Shown: positions 1 to 7,448 of the stretch, piece after piece
How the letters are laid out: the number at the start of each line of letters is the position of its first letter
Numbering within the stretch: the stretch's first letter is position 1
Virus record (IMG/VR): IMGVR_UViG_3300032320_001595
Location: 1-64,000 of that record
Source of the DNA: a virus
Taxonomy: Duplodnaviria > Caudoviricetes
DNA: 64,000 nucleotides
Reading direction: 5' to 3' (one strand)
Made by a program: the position numbers and the translations under genes
The notes under the pieces: generated by a model
The model's input: the letters and a program-made list of their open reading frames with translations, nothing else
Databases searched by the model: none
Told to the model about the DNA's origin: nothing

Positions 1-1
1 C

Positions 2-196
2 GAGGATGAGTCTGTATTTGATCGGACATATAAGTTGCCTAATGGTGCGGTGGTGACAGGACGTAGCCTCCTTAACGATCTGCGTCTATGGGAGGCGCTC
101 TTCTGGGACTGCGATGAGCCTATGGATACATGGGCAGACTACGAGCGGGAGCAGAAAGAATATGCAGGCCAACTATCATTCTGGACGGAGGAGTAA
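2..196 (+). CDS. hypothetical protein, 5'-truncated by window edge
   Basis: Open frame from base 2 (EDESVFDRTYKLPNG...SFWTEE) to TAA 194-196, which overlaps the next ATG (TAATG coupling). Confidence 0.6.
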   Translation, partial: EDESVFDRTYKLPNGAVVTGRSLLNDLRLWEALFWDCDEPMDTWADYEREQKEYAGQLSFWTEE

Positions 197-414
197 TGAC
201 TATTCATTTCTATGAGATAGATAATGACGGGCGGGGAGATAATAGTTGGATTGCTAAAACCGATCTAGCCTTCCTTAGAGAATATACTGGCGAGTCCTAT
301 ATGCTAGAGGACGCCTATATGTTTTCTAAGATGGGGATGCCTCTTAGATTCCACACACTACATGAGCATAACTTGCATCTGTATCTAGATACAGTAAGGG
401 AGAACGATGACTGA
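196..414 (+). CDS. hypothetical protein
   Basis: ORF-track 130..414; ATG at 196 (MTIHFYEID) is coupled to the upstream stop and is the likelier start. Confidence 0.6.
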   Translation: MTIHFYEIDNDGRGDNSWIAKTDLAFLREYTGESYMLEDAYMFSKMGMPLRFHTLHEHNLHLYLDTVRENDD

Positions 415-661
415 TAGAGAGTATCTAAGAAGTTTGGGATTTGAGGTAGGTGATCGTGGTCGGTACTCTAAGGAGATGAAGGCTGCCCTTGCTACCCGCG
501 ATGGAGTAGATCCTAATGCCCCCTCTTCTGAGTATGGCGCACAGGAGAGGTTCGCGGACGGTCGGTATCGTGTAGAGCGATCCAATGGTCTTCCAAGGAC
601 TCCAGACGTTCCAGGTATTGACTTTGGCCCTGGACTTGCGGTATCATCGACGCGGAGGTAA
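407..661 (+). CDS. Lsr2-like DNA-binding domain protein
   Basis: N-terminus DREYLRSLGFEVGDRGRYSKEMKAAL matches the Lsr2 C-terminal pattern (RxWAxxxGxxVxxRGR) with the RGR AT-hook; no Lsr2 oligomerisation domain seen. Confidence 0.65.
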   Translation: MTDREYLRSLGFEVGDRGRYSKEMKAALATRDGVDPNAPSSEYGAQERFADGRYRVERSNGLPRTPDVPGIDFGPGLAVSSTRR

Positions 662-664
662 AAC

Positions 665-943
665 ATGGAGGATAAGATATCTAAGCAGATATTATCAGGC
701 TTTGCAGATAGTAGGCTCAACCCCTCACATCTCGCATGGCTCGTCAAGTTGCATACAACGCCAGAGATAGATAGAAAGATGAAGGAGTTCTTTTATTTCT
801 ATACCGTGTTCCGCAATCAGGATATTGACCAGAATGATATCGAATGGATGGGAGAAAAGTTGATGAATGACCTACGCAATCCAGACTATGATGGTCTAAG
901 CAATCCTCCTCCTCCTGGTACACGCATTATGTTCGCAGATTAG
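665..943 (+). CDS. hypothetical protein
   Basis: 92-aa ORF, GGAGG-like RBS upstream, tightly packed with neighbours. Confidence 0.6.
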   Translation: MEDKISKQILSGFADSRLNPSHLAWLVKLHTTPEIDRKMKEFFYFYTVFRNQDIDQNDIEWMGEKLMNDLRNPDYDGLSNPPPPGTRIMFAD

Positions 944-979
944 ACATATATCCTGGGCATGAGTTTAAACTGCCCTCAC

Positions 980-1059
980 GCCTCGTAGCCCCCAAGGTGG
1001 GGGAGCGGTCTGTAAAACCGTCGCCTTCGGCACGCTTGGTTCGATTCCAAGACGGGGCA
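980..1059 (+). tRNA. tRNA-Tyr(GTA), no encoded CCA
   Basis: Acceptor GCCTCGT/ACGGGGC, anticodon stem GCGGT/ACCGT with loop CTGTAAA, long variable arm closed by TTCG, T-arm CTTGG-TTCGATT-CCAAG, discriminator A. Confidence 0.88.
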
Positions 1060-1113
1060 CTTGACAAACTTGGAAAAGTGGGCCGGGGATTTCCACAAGT
1101 TATCCACAATTGT

Positions 1114-1640
1114 ATTACGAACCCATTACGAACGGTCACTAAAATTTCACTGGAATTTTTAAGATTACGAACCTTGAAAAATAATCGCTGGAAATGATAG
1201 GATAGGGTATGGAATTTATTATCTTTATACTATTGGGAATGCTATGGCTTTCTCTTATTACTCCGCCATCAAATAATAATGATGAGCCTATTGAGTATTG
1301 GAATAATGGTAGATAATTAATCTATTAAACATCACACCGCCCCGCGATTCGCGGCGGCGGTAAGTCATTTGTATCCCCTATATAACATATAAAGAATAGG
1401 ATACATATCTTTCATTTCTGATAATATATCTTTATCTTTTGATAAGATTCCGGGCATTCTTGCCTATTTTTATAACAAATGTATTACGATCCCAACAAAA
1501 AAATCACTGGAATTTTGGGCATATTCGCCCATATTTATCTAATTAGACATTACGATCGCGCCTAAAAAAATCACTGGAATATTTACCTTAAAATATTCTC
1601 ATATACACGAAGTTATCCACATGTTATACACATATTACGA
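1114..1640 (+). repeat. bipartite iteron-like repeats ATTACGA-N14/15-TC(A/G)CTGGAA, four copies plus two lone ATTACGA
   Basis: ATTACGA at 1125, 1164, 1483, 1549 each followed 21-22 nt later by TCACTGGAA/TCGCTGGAA (1147, 1185, 1504, 1571); extra ATTACGA at 1114 and 1634. Confidence 0.75.
1336..1361. terminator. GC-rich hairpin in the convergence zone
   Basis: ACCGCC-CCGCG-ATT-CGCGG-C-GGCGGT in otherwise AT-rich DNA between convergent gene blocks. Confidence 0.45.
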
Positions 1641-2203
1641 ACGGCCTGTGGATATCTCTCAATTTCTCAATAAAAATAACATTCTTATAACATCAATGTA
1701 AATTAATATATAATATACATGTCTTTTGGATTAGAATGGAATAAAGTGGGGGAAAGTGGGGCACATTTCTTGATCTATTTTGATCCTATTTAATACCATA
1801 TCAAGGGAATAGGATTACCTTTCAGATGTACAGGATATCCTTCTTTTATGTTATCTCTATGTATTATGTATATAGTAATTAGGGGAGGAAGGATCATTAT
1901 TCCTACTACCCCCGCCCAAAATAATTTATCTTTTATCTTCATTGTTTAACCTACAAGATAGACATATCTCGCCATCCCAGGCAGGCTCATCTTGATGGCA
2001 ATCACATTCTTTATTTTCCATATCTTTCCTTACAGGCTGCACACCATTTAGTGGAATCAAATTTACTTGTCACACTCCACTTAATCATGCACGAATACTC
2101 CGAGTGCTTGGCACTCGTACAGGTGCTTTTTGTATAAATCTTAGTCACTTATGTTATCCATGTCTTCACAGATCTGTTCGAAATCATTCACGATACCTGC
2201 CAA

Positions 2204-2806
2204 TCATTCATAGTTAAATCGTTCCCTTGTCCAGTATACTATAACGAATTTGTCTCCGCTTCTGGGAGCAAAAGCCTGGTGAGTATAAGCATAGTTGGAA
2301 GGAAATATCACCAGCCGCCCAGCCTTTGGCTGGACGCCTACTGAAAAGTTATTAAAGTAAGTATCTCCACCATCTTCTACATCATTCAAATACAGTAGCG
2401 CAGAGATAACTCTAGGAAAGGCTGGACCTGTATCGAAGTGAGGCTTATAGAATTCTCCAGGAGAATAGTGCAACAATTGGGCAGGCTCAGTATATTCATA
2501 CCCTACCTCATACTTGTTCGAATAATTCTGCAGATAGCATTCCACAAGATCATTAATGTAGGTAAATACAGGATGAGTAGTGTACTGGTCGCAATTAATA
2601 TCTAGTATCTTATTGGATCGGTATTCCTTATTCACCTCGTCCGAATCGCTTTTGTGTGCATATACTTCTGCATCTCTCCACCCTTCCATAGCAAGAGAGA
2701 TTGCGATAACATTATCGGGGTGCGCGATAACATCATCGTATATCTCAACGCATCCAGCAATTACATCTACTGGTTCACGAATATCATTAGCAATACTTTT
2801 AAACAT
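2204..2806 (-). CDS. 2OG-Fe(II) oxygenase, prolyl 4-hydroxylase-like
   Basis: YKPHFD (HxD), ISALLYLNDVEDGGDTYF, GRLVIFPS, YTHQA (distal His), KFVIVYW. Confidence 0.88.
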   Translation of the reverse strand: MFKSIANDIREPVDVIAGCVEIYDDVIAHPDNVIAISLAMEGWRDAEVYAHKSDSDEVNKEYRSNKILDINCDQYTTHPVFTYINDLVECYLQNYSNKYEVGYEYTEPAQLLHYSPGEFYKPHFDTGPAFPRVISALLYLNDVEDGGDTYFNNFSVGVQPKAGRLVIFPSNYAYTHQAFAPRSGDKFVIVYWTRERFNYE

Positions 2807-2906
2807 TTATCTCCTTTAGTAACCCAAATCCCCCTCATGGCCGCTTGGCCAATTGGGGGAGGAGGGGTTGCATTGTGGGTGGGGTTCTATTTTTCGGCTT
2901 TCGTTT

Positions 2907-3197
2907 TTAAATTTTCCAGTTTACGGGACCGCTAATAATTCCACCCCAAGACTTGCCTGTAGGATTCTTTCTCCAATCCTCAGGAAGAATATCAGTCATA
3001 CCTAATGCTCTTGCACGACGGATGATGTGTCTTCTAGCAGCATCATAATCTGCTGCTCTGCCGACCGATTGAATTGCATTTCTTAAGTCTGCTTCATTAG
3101 CGATAGGGAAGGACCCATCTCTCATGGCTTCACCAGACTCCGCCATACGGCGTCGTGAGGCTGCAGAGTAATCTCTTTTGCTCATATCTAAATACAT
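2907..3197 (-). CDS. small basic protein of a module type seen in head-maturation proteins; C-terminal KSWGG tag
   Basis: GGAGGTGA RBS before ATG 3197; GSFPIANEADLRNAIQSVGRA...HIIRRARALG; own TATAAT at 3219-3224. Confidence 0.6.
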   Translation of the reverse strand: MYLDMSKRDYSAASRRRMAESGEAMRDGSFPIANEADLRNAIQSVGRAADYDAARRHIIRRARALGMTDILPEDWRKNPTGKSWGGIISGPVNWKI

Positions 3198-3254
3198 GTT
3201 ATCACCTCCCATGAGACTATTATACTACTGCGTAGACCAAGACATATTACTTTT

Positions 3255-3431
3255 CTAATCTACTTTACGGGATACAGCATCATACTTCTCTATCGCTGCA
3301 ATAGCAGTTCTAGCAAGGTCATACCAAGTACGAGCCTCTGACTTATATGCATTCATTAACACGTTTGCTATATACTCTACTTTATCTACAGGCTCTTGTA
3401 AATAAATCTTAGCCTCTTCATGTATGTTCAT
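3255..3431 (-). CDS. hypothetical protein (58 aa, not in ORF track)
   Basis: Hand-translated MNIHEEAKIYLQEPVDKV...SRKVD*, GGAG RBS, overlaps upstream stop. Confidence 0.5.
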   Translation of the reverse strand: MNIHEEAKIYLQEPVDKVEYIANVLMNAYKSEARTWYDLARTAIAAIEKYDAVSRKVD

Positions 3432-3625
3432 AGTTTCTCCTTCAATTCTGCTATGAGTCCTTGCAAGGTGTCACATGACTCATGCCGCCACCAAAGATCG
3501 CAATAATCATTGTGTGTAGTTTGACACATAAGACTACGCAAATATATGATTAATCTATTATACACCTCACGTTCAACTGATGATGTATCTAAATCTTCAG
3601 AGCATTGCCAGCATCTAATGGTCAT
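3428..3625 (-). CDS. hypothetical Cys/His-containing protein
   Basis: ORF-track 3428..3655; likely start MTIRCWQC at 3625. Confidence 0.5.
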   Translation of the reverse strand: MTIRCWQCSEDLDTSSVEREVYNRLIIYLRSLMCQTTHNDYCDLWWRHESCDTLQGLIAELKEKL

Positions 3626-3794
3626 ACTTTTGATCCAGAAACTCCTTGTAGGCATTAATTGCTATCTCTGCATCAAGAAGGGCGATCTCAGCCCAGTTCT
3701 TTCCGTCTTCACTATTTAGCCAATCTGAGTCTGAGTGAGATCGGGGAAACCAGGCTTTCATCAAAGCCTCCGCTACATATGTTAAACCTGGCAT
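3615..3794 (-). CDS. hypothetical protein (59 aa, not in ORF track)
   Basis: Hand-translated MPGLTYVAEALMKAWFPRSH...DQKYDH*, fills the gap exactly. Confidence 0.5.
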   Translation of the reverse strand: MPGLTYVAEALMKAWFPRSHSDSDWLNSEDGKNWAEIALLDAEIAINAYKEFLDQKYDH

Positions 3795-4132
3795 TAGATT
3801 TCCTTTATCCCCTTTAAGGGTCTTCCTGCTTTAATCTTAGCCATATTAGAAAGAGTATTTGTAACAACTTCTAGCGTGGTAAGAACATTAATGTACATAT
3901 CTTCTGGGTGCCAGGGGGTACCTGTGCCGCCGCCATAGGTATCGTCAAATGCCACACGAAGAACCTCAAAGAATTCATCGGCAGTAACGTAGTATGCCGT
4001 CCAGGGGTGATCTACAGTTGATGTATTTGATACGTTATTAGATGCATATACCGCAGTATGCTGAATATTACTAGGATCTACGCGCTCTTGGCTAGTAGCG
4101 GTGGAGGTAGTGACTCTGACGTTATTAGACAA
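3794..4132 (-). CDS. hypothetical protein
   Basis: 112-aa ORF coupled to neighbours. Confidence 0.55.
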   Translation of the reverse strand: MSNNVRVTTSTATSQERVDPSNIQHTAVYASNNVSNTSTVDHPWTAYYVTADEFFEVLRVAFDDTYGGGTGTPWHPEDMYINVLTTLEVVTNTLSNMAKIKAGRPLKGIKEI

Positions 4133-4614
4133 TTTTTCTCCTTCTTAGGGTGTGTAGGCCAATAGTAATTGCATTTGTCACAGCATACTAGATCGCGGTA
4201 CGTCTTAGACTCCCACTCATACTGTGGATACAATTCTGGCGCTTTTTCATACAGTCTACCACGATGGGTAGTGATTAGTCTATGATTTTCTGGATGCCCA
4301 GGCTTAAGATAATCTGGATCTTTAAATTCATCATCACGGAAGTTTCTATTAAAGGTGTCAATAATAATTGACCAGTTGTTTTCCCACTTGTACTTCCGCT
4401 GCTCCATCTCATTCTTAATGGCATAGAGGTATCGAAGGAGTTCATCTTCCGCGCCAGCAAACATTCGTGTAGCAGGATGATTTACCCATCCCTTAGTTTC
4501 ACCAGCAAGAGCGGATAGAATCTGTCGCCCCTCTAAAAGTTGCTTAACTAGACGCTTTTGATCCAATACCTGAGCGCATAATCGATACGTCTGCTCAGGG
4601 AGAAAAACCTGCAT
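4078..4614 (-). CDS. pyrimidine-dimer DNA glycosylase / endonuclease V-like (MSMEG_6728-type)
   Basis: MQVFLP...LDQKRLVKQLLEGRQIL...GWVNHPATRMF...THRGRLYEK pattern. Confidence 0.75.
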   Translation of the reverse strand: MQVFLPEQTYRLCAQVLDQKRLVKQLLEGRQILSALAGETKGWVNHPATRMFAGAEDELLRYLYAIKNEMEQRKYKWENNWSIIIDTFNRNFRDDEFKDPDYLKPGHPENHRLITTHRGRLYEKAPELYPQYEWESKTYRDLVCCDKCNYYWPTHPKKEKNCLITSESLPPPLLAKSA

Positions 4615-4761
4615 TTACTCAAACCATTCTATGATAGACTCAACGTTTTCTTCTGCAATTCTAGCACGCTCGTCATCGCGCACCATTTCGATAAGCCTGC
4701 AATTGCACTCTCTTTTATTATAATGCTGGTTATAGCAAAATTTATCATGAGTTTCTGACAT
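4615..4761 (-). CDS. hypothetical protein (48 aa, not in ORF track)
   Basis: Hand-translated MSETHDKFCYNQHYNKRECNCRLIEMVRDDER...WFE*; stop abuts next ATG. Confidence 0.5.
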   Translation of the reverse strand: MSETHDKFCYNQHYNKRECNCRLIEMVRDDERARIAEENVESIIEWFE

Positions 4762-4876
4762 TTTGACTCCTAGTTGCTGCCGCCAATGCTAGTGTAGCGA
4801 ATACTTGAGCGGCTGTATACATGCCAATTTCGGCAAAGTGCAGCGCCTTCTTCTCATATTCAGTACTGAGAGTCAT
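4745..4876 (-). CDS. hypothetical protein
   Basis: ORF-track 4745..4930; likely start MTLSTEYEKK at 4876. Confidence 0.45.
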   Translation of the reverse strand: MTLSTEYEKKALHFAEIGMYTAAQVFATLALAAATRSQNVRNS

Positions 4877-5064
4877 CGTGTGGCTCTGCATACCTTCAAT
4901 GGGTACTGAACTAGACCCATACGATAGCACTTCTTATATACCTCTGCGTACCTATTTTCTGCTGACTCTCCTGCCTTACCTCCTGGGCACTTCTTAATGG
5001 CATCCATCGCGGAACGTAGGTCGCGGAGAGCAGCCTCCTGCTCTTCTGTAAGATTATTATTCAT
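4873..5064 (-). CDS. hypothetical protein
   Basis: ORF-track 4873..5145; likely start MNNNLTEE at 5064. Confidence 0.5.
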   Translation of the reverse strand: MNNNLTEEQEAALRDLRSAMDAIKKCPGGKAGESAENRYAEVYKKCYRMGLVQYPLKVCRATR

Positions 5065-5518
5065 TTTCCCATCCTGGCACAATAGTAGTTGGTATGTTAT
5101 TTTCTTTCCAAAGTCTAATAATATTAGGGTTATCATCCCATGCATGAATTATATCGTATGCCTTACGGAGTGTGTCAAGCATATCTTTCTTGACTTCATA
5201 GTCTTTACGATTGTCTTCATCCCCGCGCATCATTAGCATATCACTAGGAACATCGTGCATGGCTAACCACCATGCAGTATGATTTCTCCACATATGCTTT
5301 CTTGCTGTAACAATAAGTACTGAATGTCCTAGCATGTGTGCAATTTGAGAAGCATTGACTACATAGTCATGGGGTGGAACATTGACAGATTCGGCATGAA
5401 AGTTATTAAAATGCTTTATAACCCTACGCTTACCCTTATCATATTTTGTTAAGTGATGACGAATGGACGACACGTTTGCTAACGTGCCGTCCATGTCAAA
5501 GATGACTGCTATTTGCAT
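5057..5518 (-). CDS. HAD-family phosphatase, like the 3'-phosphatase domain of T4 polynucleotide kinase
   Basis: FDMDGTL (DxDGT), IVTAR, MRGDEDNRKDYEVK, AWDDNP; no kinase P-loop. Confidence 0.8.
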   Translation of the reverse strand: MQIAVIFDMDGTLANVSSIRHHLTKYDKGKRRVIKHFNNFHAESVNVPPHDYVVNASQIAHMLGHSVLIVTARKHMWRNHTAWWLAMHDVPSDMLMMRGDEDNRKDYEVKKDMLDTLRKAYDIIHAWDDNPNIIRLWKENNIPTTIVPGWENE

Positions 5519-5529
5519 CTTTAATCCTG

Positions 5530-5694
5530 TCAAATTTGTCGGCTAAAAATGGCATCGATCTCGGCAACATGACTAGGGCCGAATTGGGCAGCCCTGTTAC
5601 GCTCTACCTGCCAGATGTTGTTGATATTCATATTTCTATTTTCACTACCTCGCATCAGAGTTGACACAATCTGGCTGATGGATAGAATCTTCAT
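5530..5694 (-). CDS. hypothetical protein (54 aa, not in ORF track)
   Basis: Hand-translated MKILSISQIV...QVERNRAAQFGPSHVAEIDAIFSRQI*; GGAG RBS. Confidence 0.45.
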   Translation of the reverse strand: MKILSISQIVSTLMRGSENRNMNINNIWQVERNRAAQFGPSHVAEIDAIFSRQI

Positions 5695-5797
5695 CTTATC
5701 TCCTTGTGGGTTTCATAAATATAGGCACCTTTTGAGCGCCTATATTTATAGTATCATATGTAAACGTTTTCTTCAAACTCAATGAGTGATATCTACG

Positions 5798-5950
5798 TCA
5801 CACTTCTCCCTCTAAGGCATCTGCATGTCCATCTTTATATCCAGAGTTATAGCCATTAATTCTTGCATCTAACAAGATTGAACAATAAAAACAAATAGTT
5901 GGGGAAGTGTCAGTATCTTTATCTGGACACAGTTTATCGTGGCCCGACAT
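5798..5950 (-). CDS. hypothetical Cys/His protein
   Basis: ORF-track 5798..5995; likely start MSGHDKLCP at 5950. Confidence 0.5.
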   Translation of the reverse strand: MSGHDKLCPDKDTDTSPTICFYCSILLDARINGYNSGYKDGHADALEGEV

Positions 5951-5995
5951 TACTATCTCTAAACATCTTCTCAAAGTAATCATCGATAGAATCAT

Positions 5996-6187
5996 TCACA
6001 GCATCTCCTGATAATCTGGATGGTCCAACGGCGTTGGTACGGTAAGAAGTGTACCACACATAGCACACTCTCCGTCAAGCAAGTAGCCAGCGATATTATA
6101 TTCTTCATCAAAATTCAACGTGACTTTAAATAGCCAACTGCCACAAGTTGGGCACTCTGGCGTAGGAATTCCCCTAGCATTAAGCAT
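5996..6187 (-). CDS. small zinc-ribbon protein
   Basis: CPTC and CAMC pairs. Confidence 0.55.
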   Translation of the reverse strand: MLNARGIPTPECPTCGSWLFKVTLNFDEEYNIAGYLLDGECAMCGTLLTVPTPLDHPDYQEML

Positions 6188-6189
6188 GT

Positions 6190-6324
6190 CTACTTCTTTC
6201 TAATGTTAATTATACGGACACGATTAATTGATGTGCGTGAGCGATCCTCGTCGTCCCACAGCCATTCCCATGGATTAATCTCATCTCCATTGTTCCAGTC
6301 GAACTGAGGAAGATATGATTGCAT
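6190..6324 (-). CDS. hypothetical protein (44 aa, not in ORF track)
   Basis: GGAGGT RBS; MQSYLPQFDWNNGDEINPWEWLWDDED...IRKK*. Confidence 0.4.
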   Translation of the reverse strand: MQSYLPQFDWNNGDEINPWEWLWDDEDRSRTSINRVRIINIRKK

Positions 6325-6437
6325 GGCACCTCCAGATTAATATGATCTTTTGTTCTGGATCTGTCTTTTTCTTTTTATAAGATCAACTATTTCTTCGTCT
6401 AGTTCATCTTCTTCGTCATCGTAATAGTATTCTAATT

Positions 6438-7448
6438 TCATAGTCTTAGCCACTCTGGTCTATCCAGAGTCCATCTTACCGTTCTTTCTAGTGATTGTTC
6501 AAGTGAAAGGGGTGCCTTCCATCCTGTACTAGCAATTTTATCACCATCAAGGGCATAACGCAAGTCATGTCCTGGCCTGGATGAGTGGAAATCTACCAGT
6601 TCATATTTTAATGGCTTTCCAACATAGTCTGCGACCATCTGAGCCATCTCTAAATTATTGACCTCTCTCTCGCCCACAACATGAAATTTCTGTGGTGCCT
6701 GTGACTCTCCGTATGCTGGTGTAGGCTGAGTGAGAGCATGTAGGAGGGCATCTGCCTGGTTCCTAGCATGTAAATAAAATCTACTTCCGATCTCACCAGT
6801 AGGTGAGGCATGGATCGTCATGGTATCTCCAGCCAGCACCTTCTTAATAATCATGGGTACAAACTTTTCTGTGTCCTGCATCTCACCAATAATGTTCATA
6901 GTATTAGTAATGATCAGCGGCACTCCGTATGTCCTCCAGTATGAATAAGCAATAGACTCCTGTGCTGCCTTGGACGCAGAGTATGGATTGCTGGGAAAGT
7001 ATTGGTCCATCCATTCACGGTGAGCATGACCATGTGGAGCGGGTCCATATACTTCATCTGTGGATACATGAATAAACTTTTTGATATTAGAGAATCTAGC
7101 CCACTCTAGAATATTACAAACCAGAGATACATTGTTCTCAATAAATGGGACTGGCTCCTCAATGGAGCGATCTACATGGGACTCGCTAGCAACGTTGATT
7201 ACATAATCAATATCTCCAATTTCATATGTTAGTACTGGAGAGAATGGGGCAGTAAGGTCGTGCTTGATTACTCTAACTCTTTCAAGGTCATCATCGTATC
7301 CATCTACTGCTAGGCGAATTCTATCTGTAATTCCACGGTGTCGAAAACTTACCAAACAAACTACATCCCAGTCTGTATTAGCAAGAATGTGACGCAATAC
7401 ATGGCTGCCAACAAAACCGCTAGCACCAGTCAATAAAACTGTTGTCAT
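6438..7448 (-). CDS. rmlB: dTDP-glucose 4,6-dehydratase-like NAD-dependent epimerase/dehydratase
   Basis: GASGFVG, ASESHVDRSI, STDEVYG, YSASK, RPGHDLRYALD. Confidence 0.85.
   Translation of the reverse strand: MTTVLLTGASGFVGSHVLRHILANTDWDVVCLVSFRHRGITDRIRLAVDGYDDDLERVRVIKHDLTAPFSPVLTYEIGDIDYVINVASESHVDRSIEEPVPFIENNVSLVCNILEWARFSNIKKFIHVSTDEVYGPAPHGHAHREWMDQYFPSNPYSASKAAQESIAYSYWRTYGVPLIITNTMNIIGEMQDTEKFVPMIIKKVLAGDTMTIHASPTGEIGSRFYLHARNQADALLHALTQPTPAYGESQAPQKFHVVGEREVNNLEMAQMVADYVGKPLKYELVDFHSSRPGHDLRYALDGDKIASTGWKAPLSLEQSLERTVRWTLDRPEWLRL

Larger units (their letters stand above)
1089..1655. promoter_or_regulatory. DnaA-box cluster, candidate replication origin or DnaA-titration site
   Basis: TTATCCACA at 1100-1108 and 1613-1621, TTATACACA at 1624-1632, inverted 8/9 box TGTGGATAT at 1647-1655, degenerate ATTTCCACA at 1089-1097; AT-rich tract about 1665-1720. 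Confidence 0.55.

Noticed and set aside
1061-1090. TTGACA right after tRNA-Tyr as a promoter -35
   Set aside because: No -10-like hexamer 16-18 nt downstream and no gene to drive.
997-1197. 66-aa plus-strand ORF (and antisense 927..1139)
   Set aside because: Overlaps tRNA-Tyr and the repeat region; no RBS or recognisable protein features.
1920-2200. Short minus-strand ORF fragments after the oxygenase (e.g. MENKECDCHQDE..., 31 aa)
   Set aside because: Very short, interrupted by stops, no clear RBS; cannot be distinguished from decayed or random ORFs.
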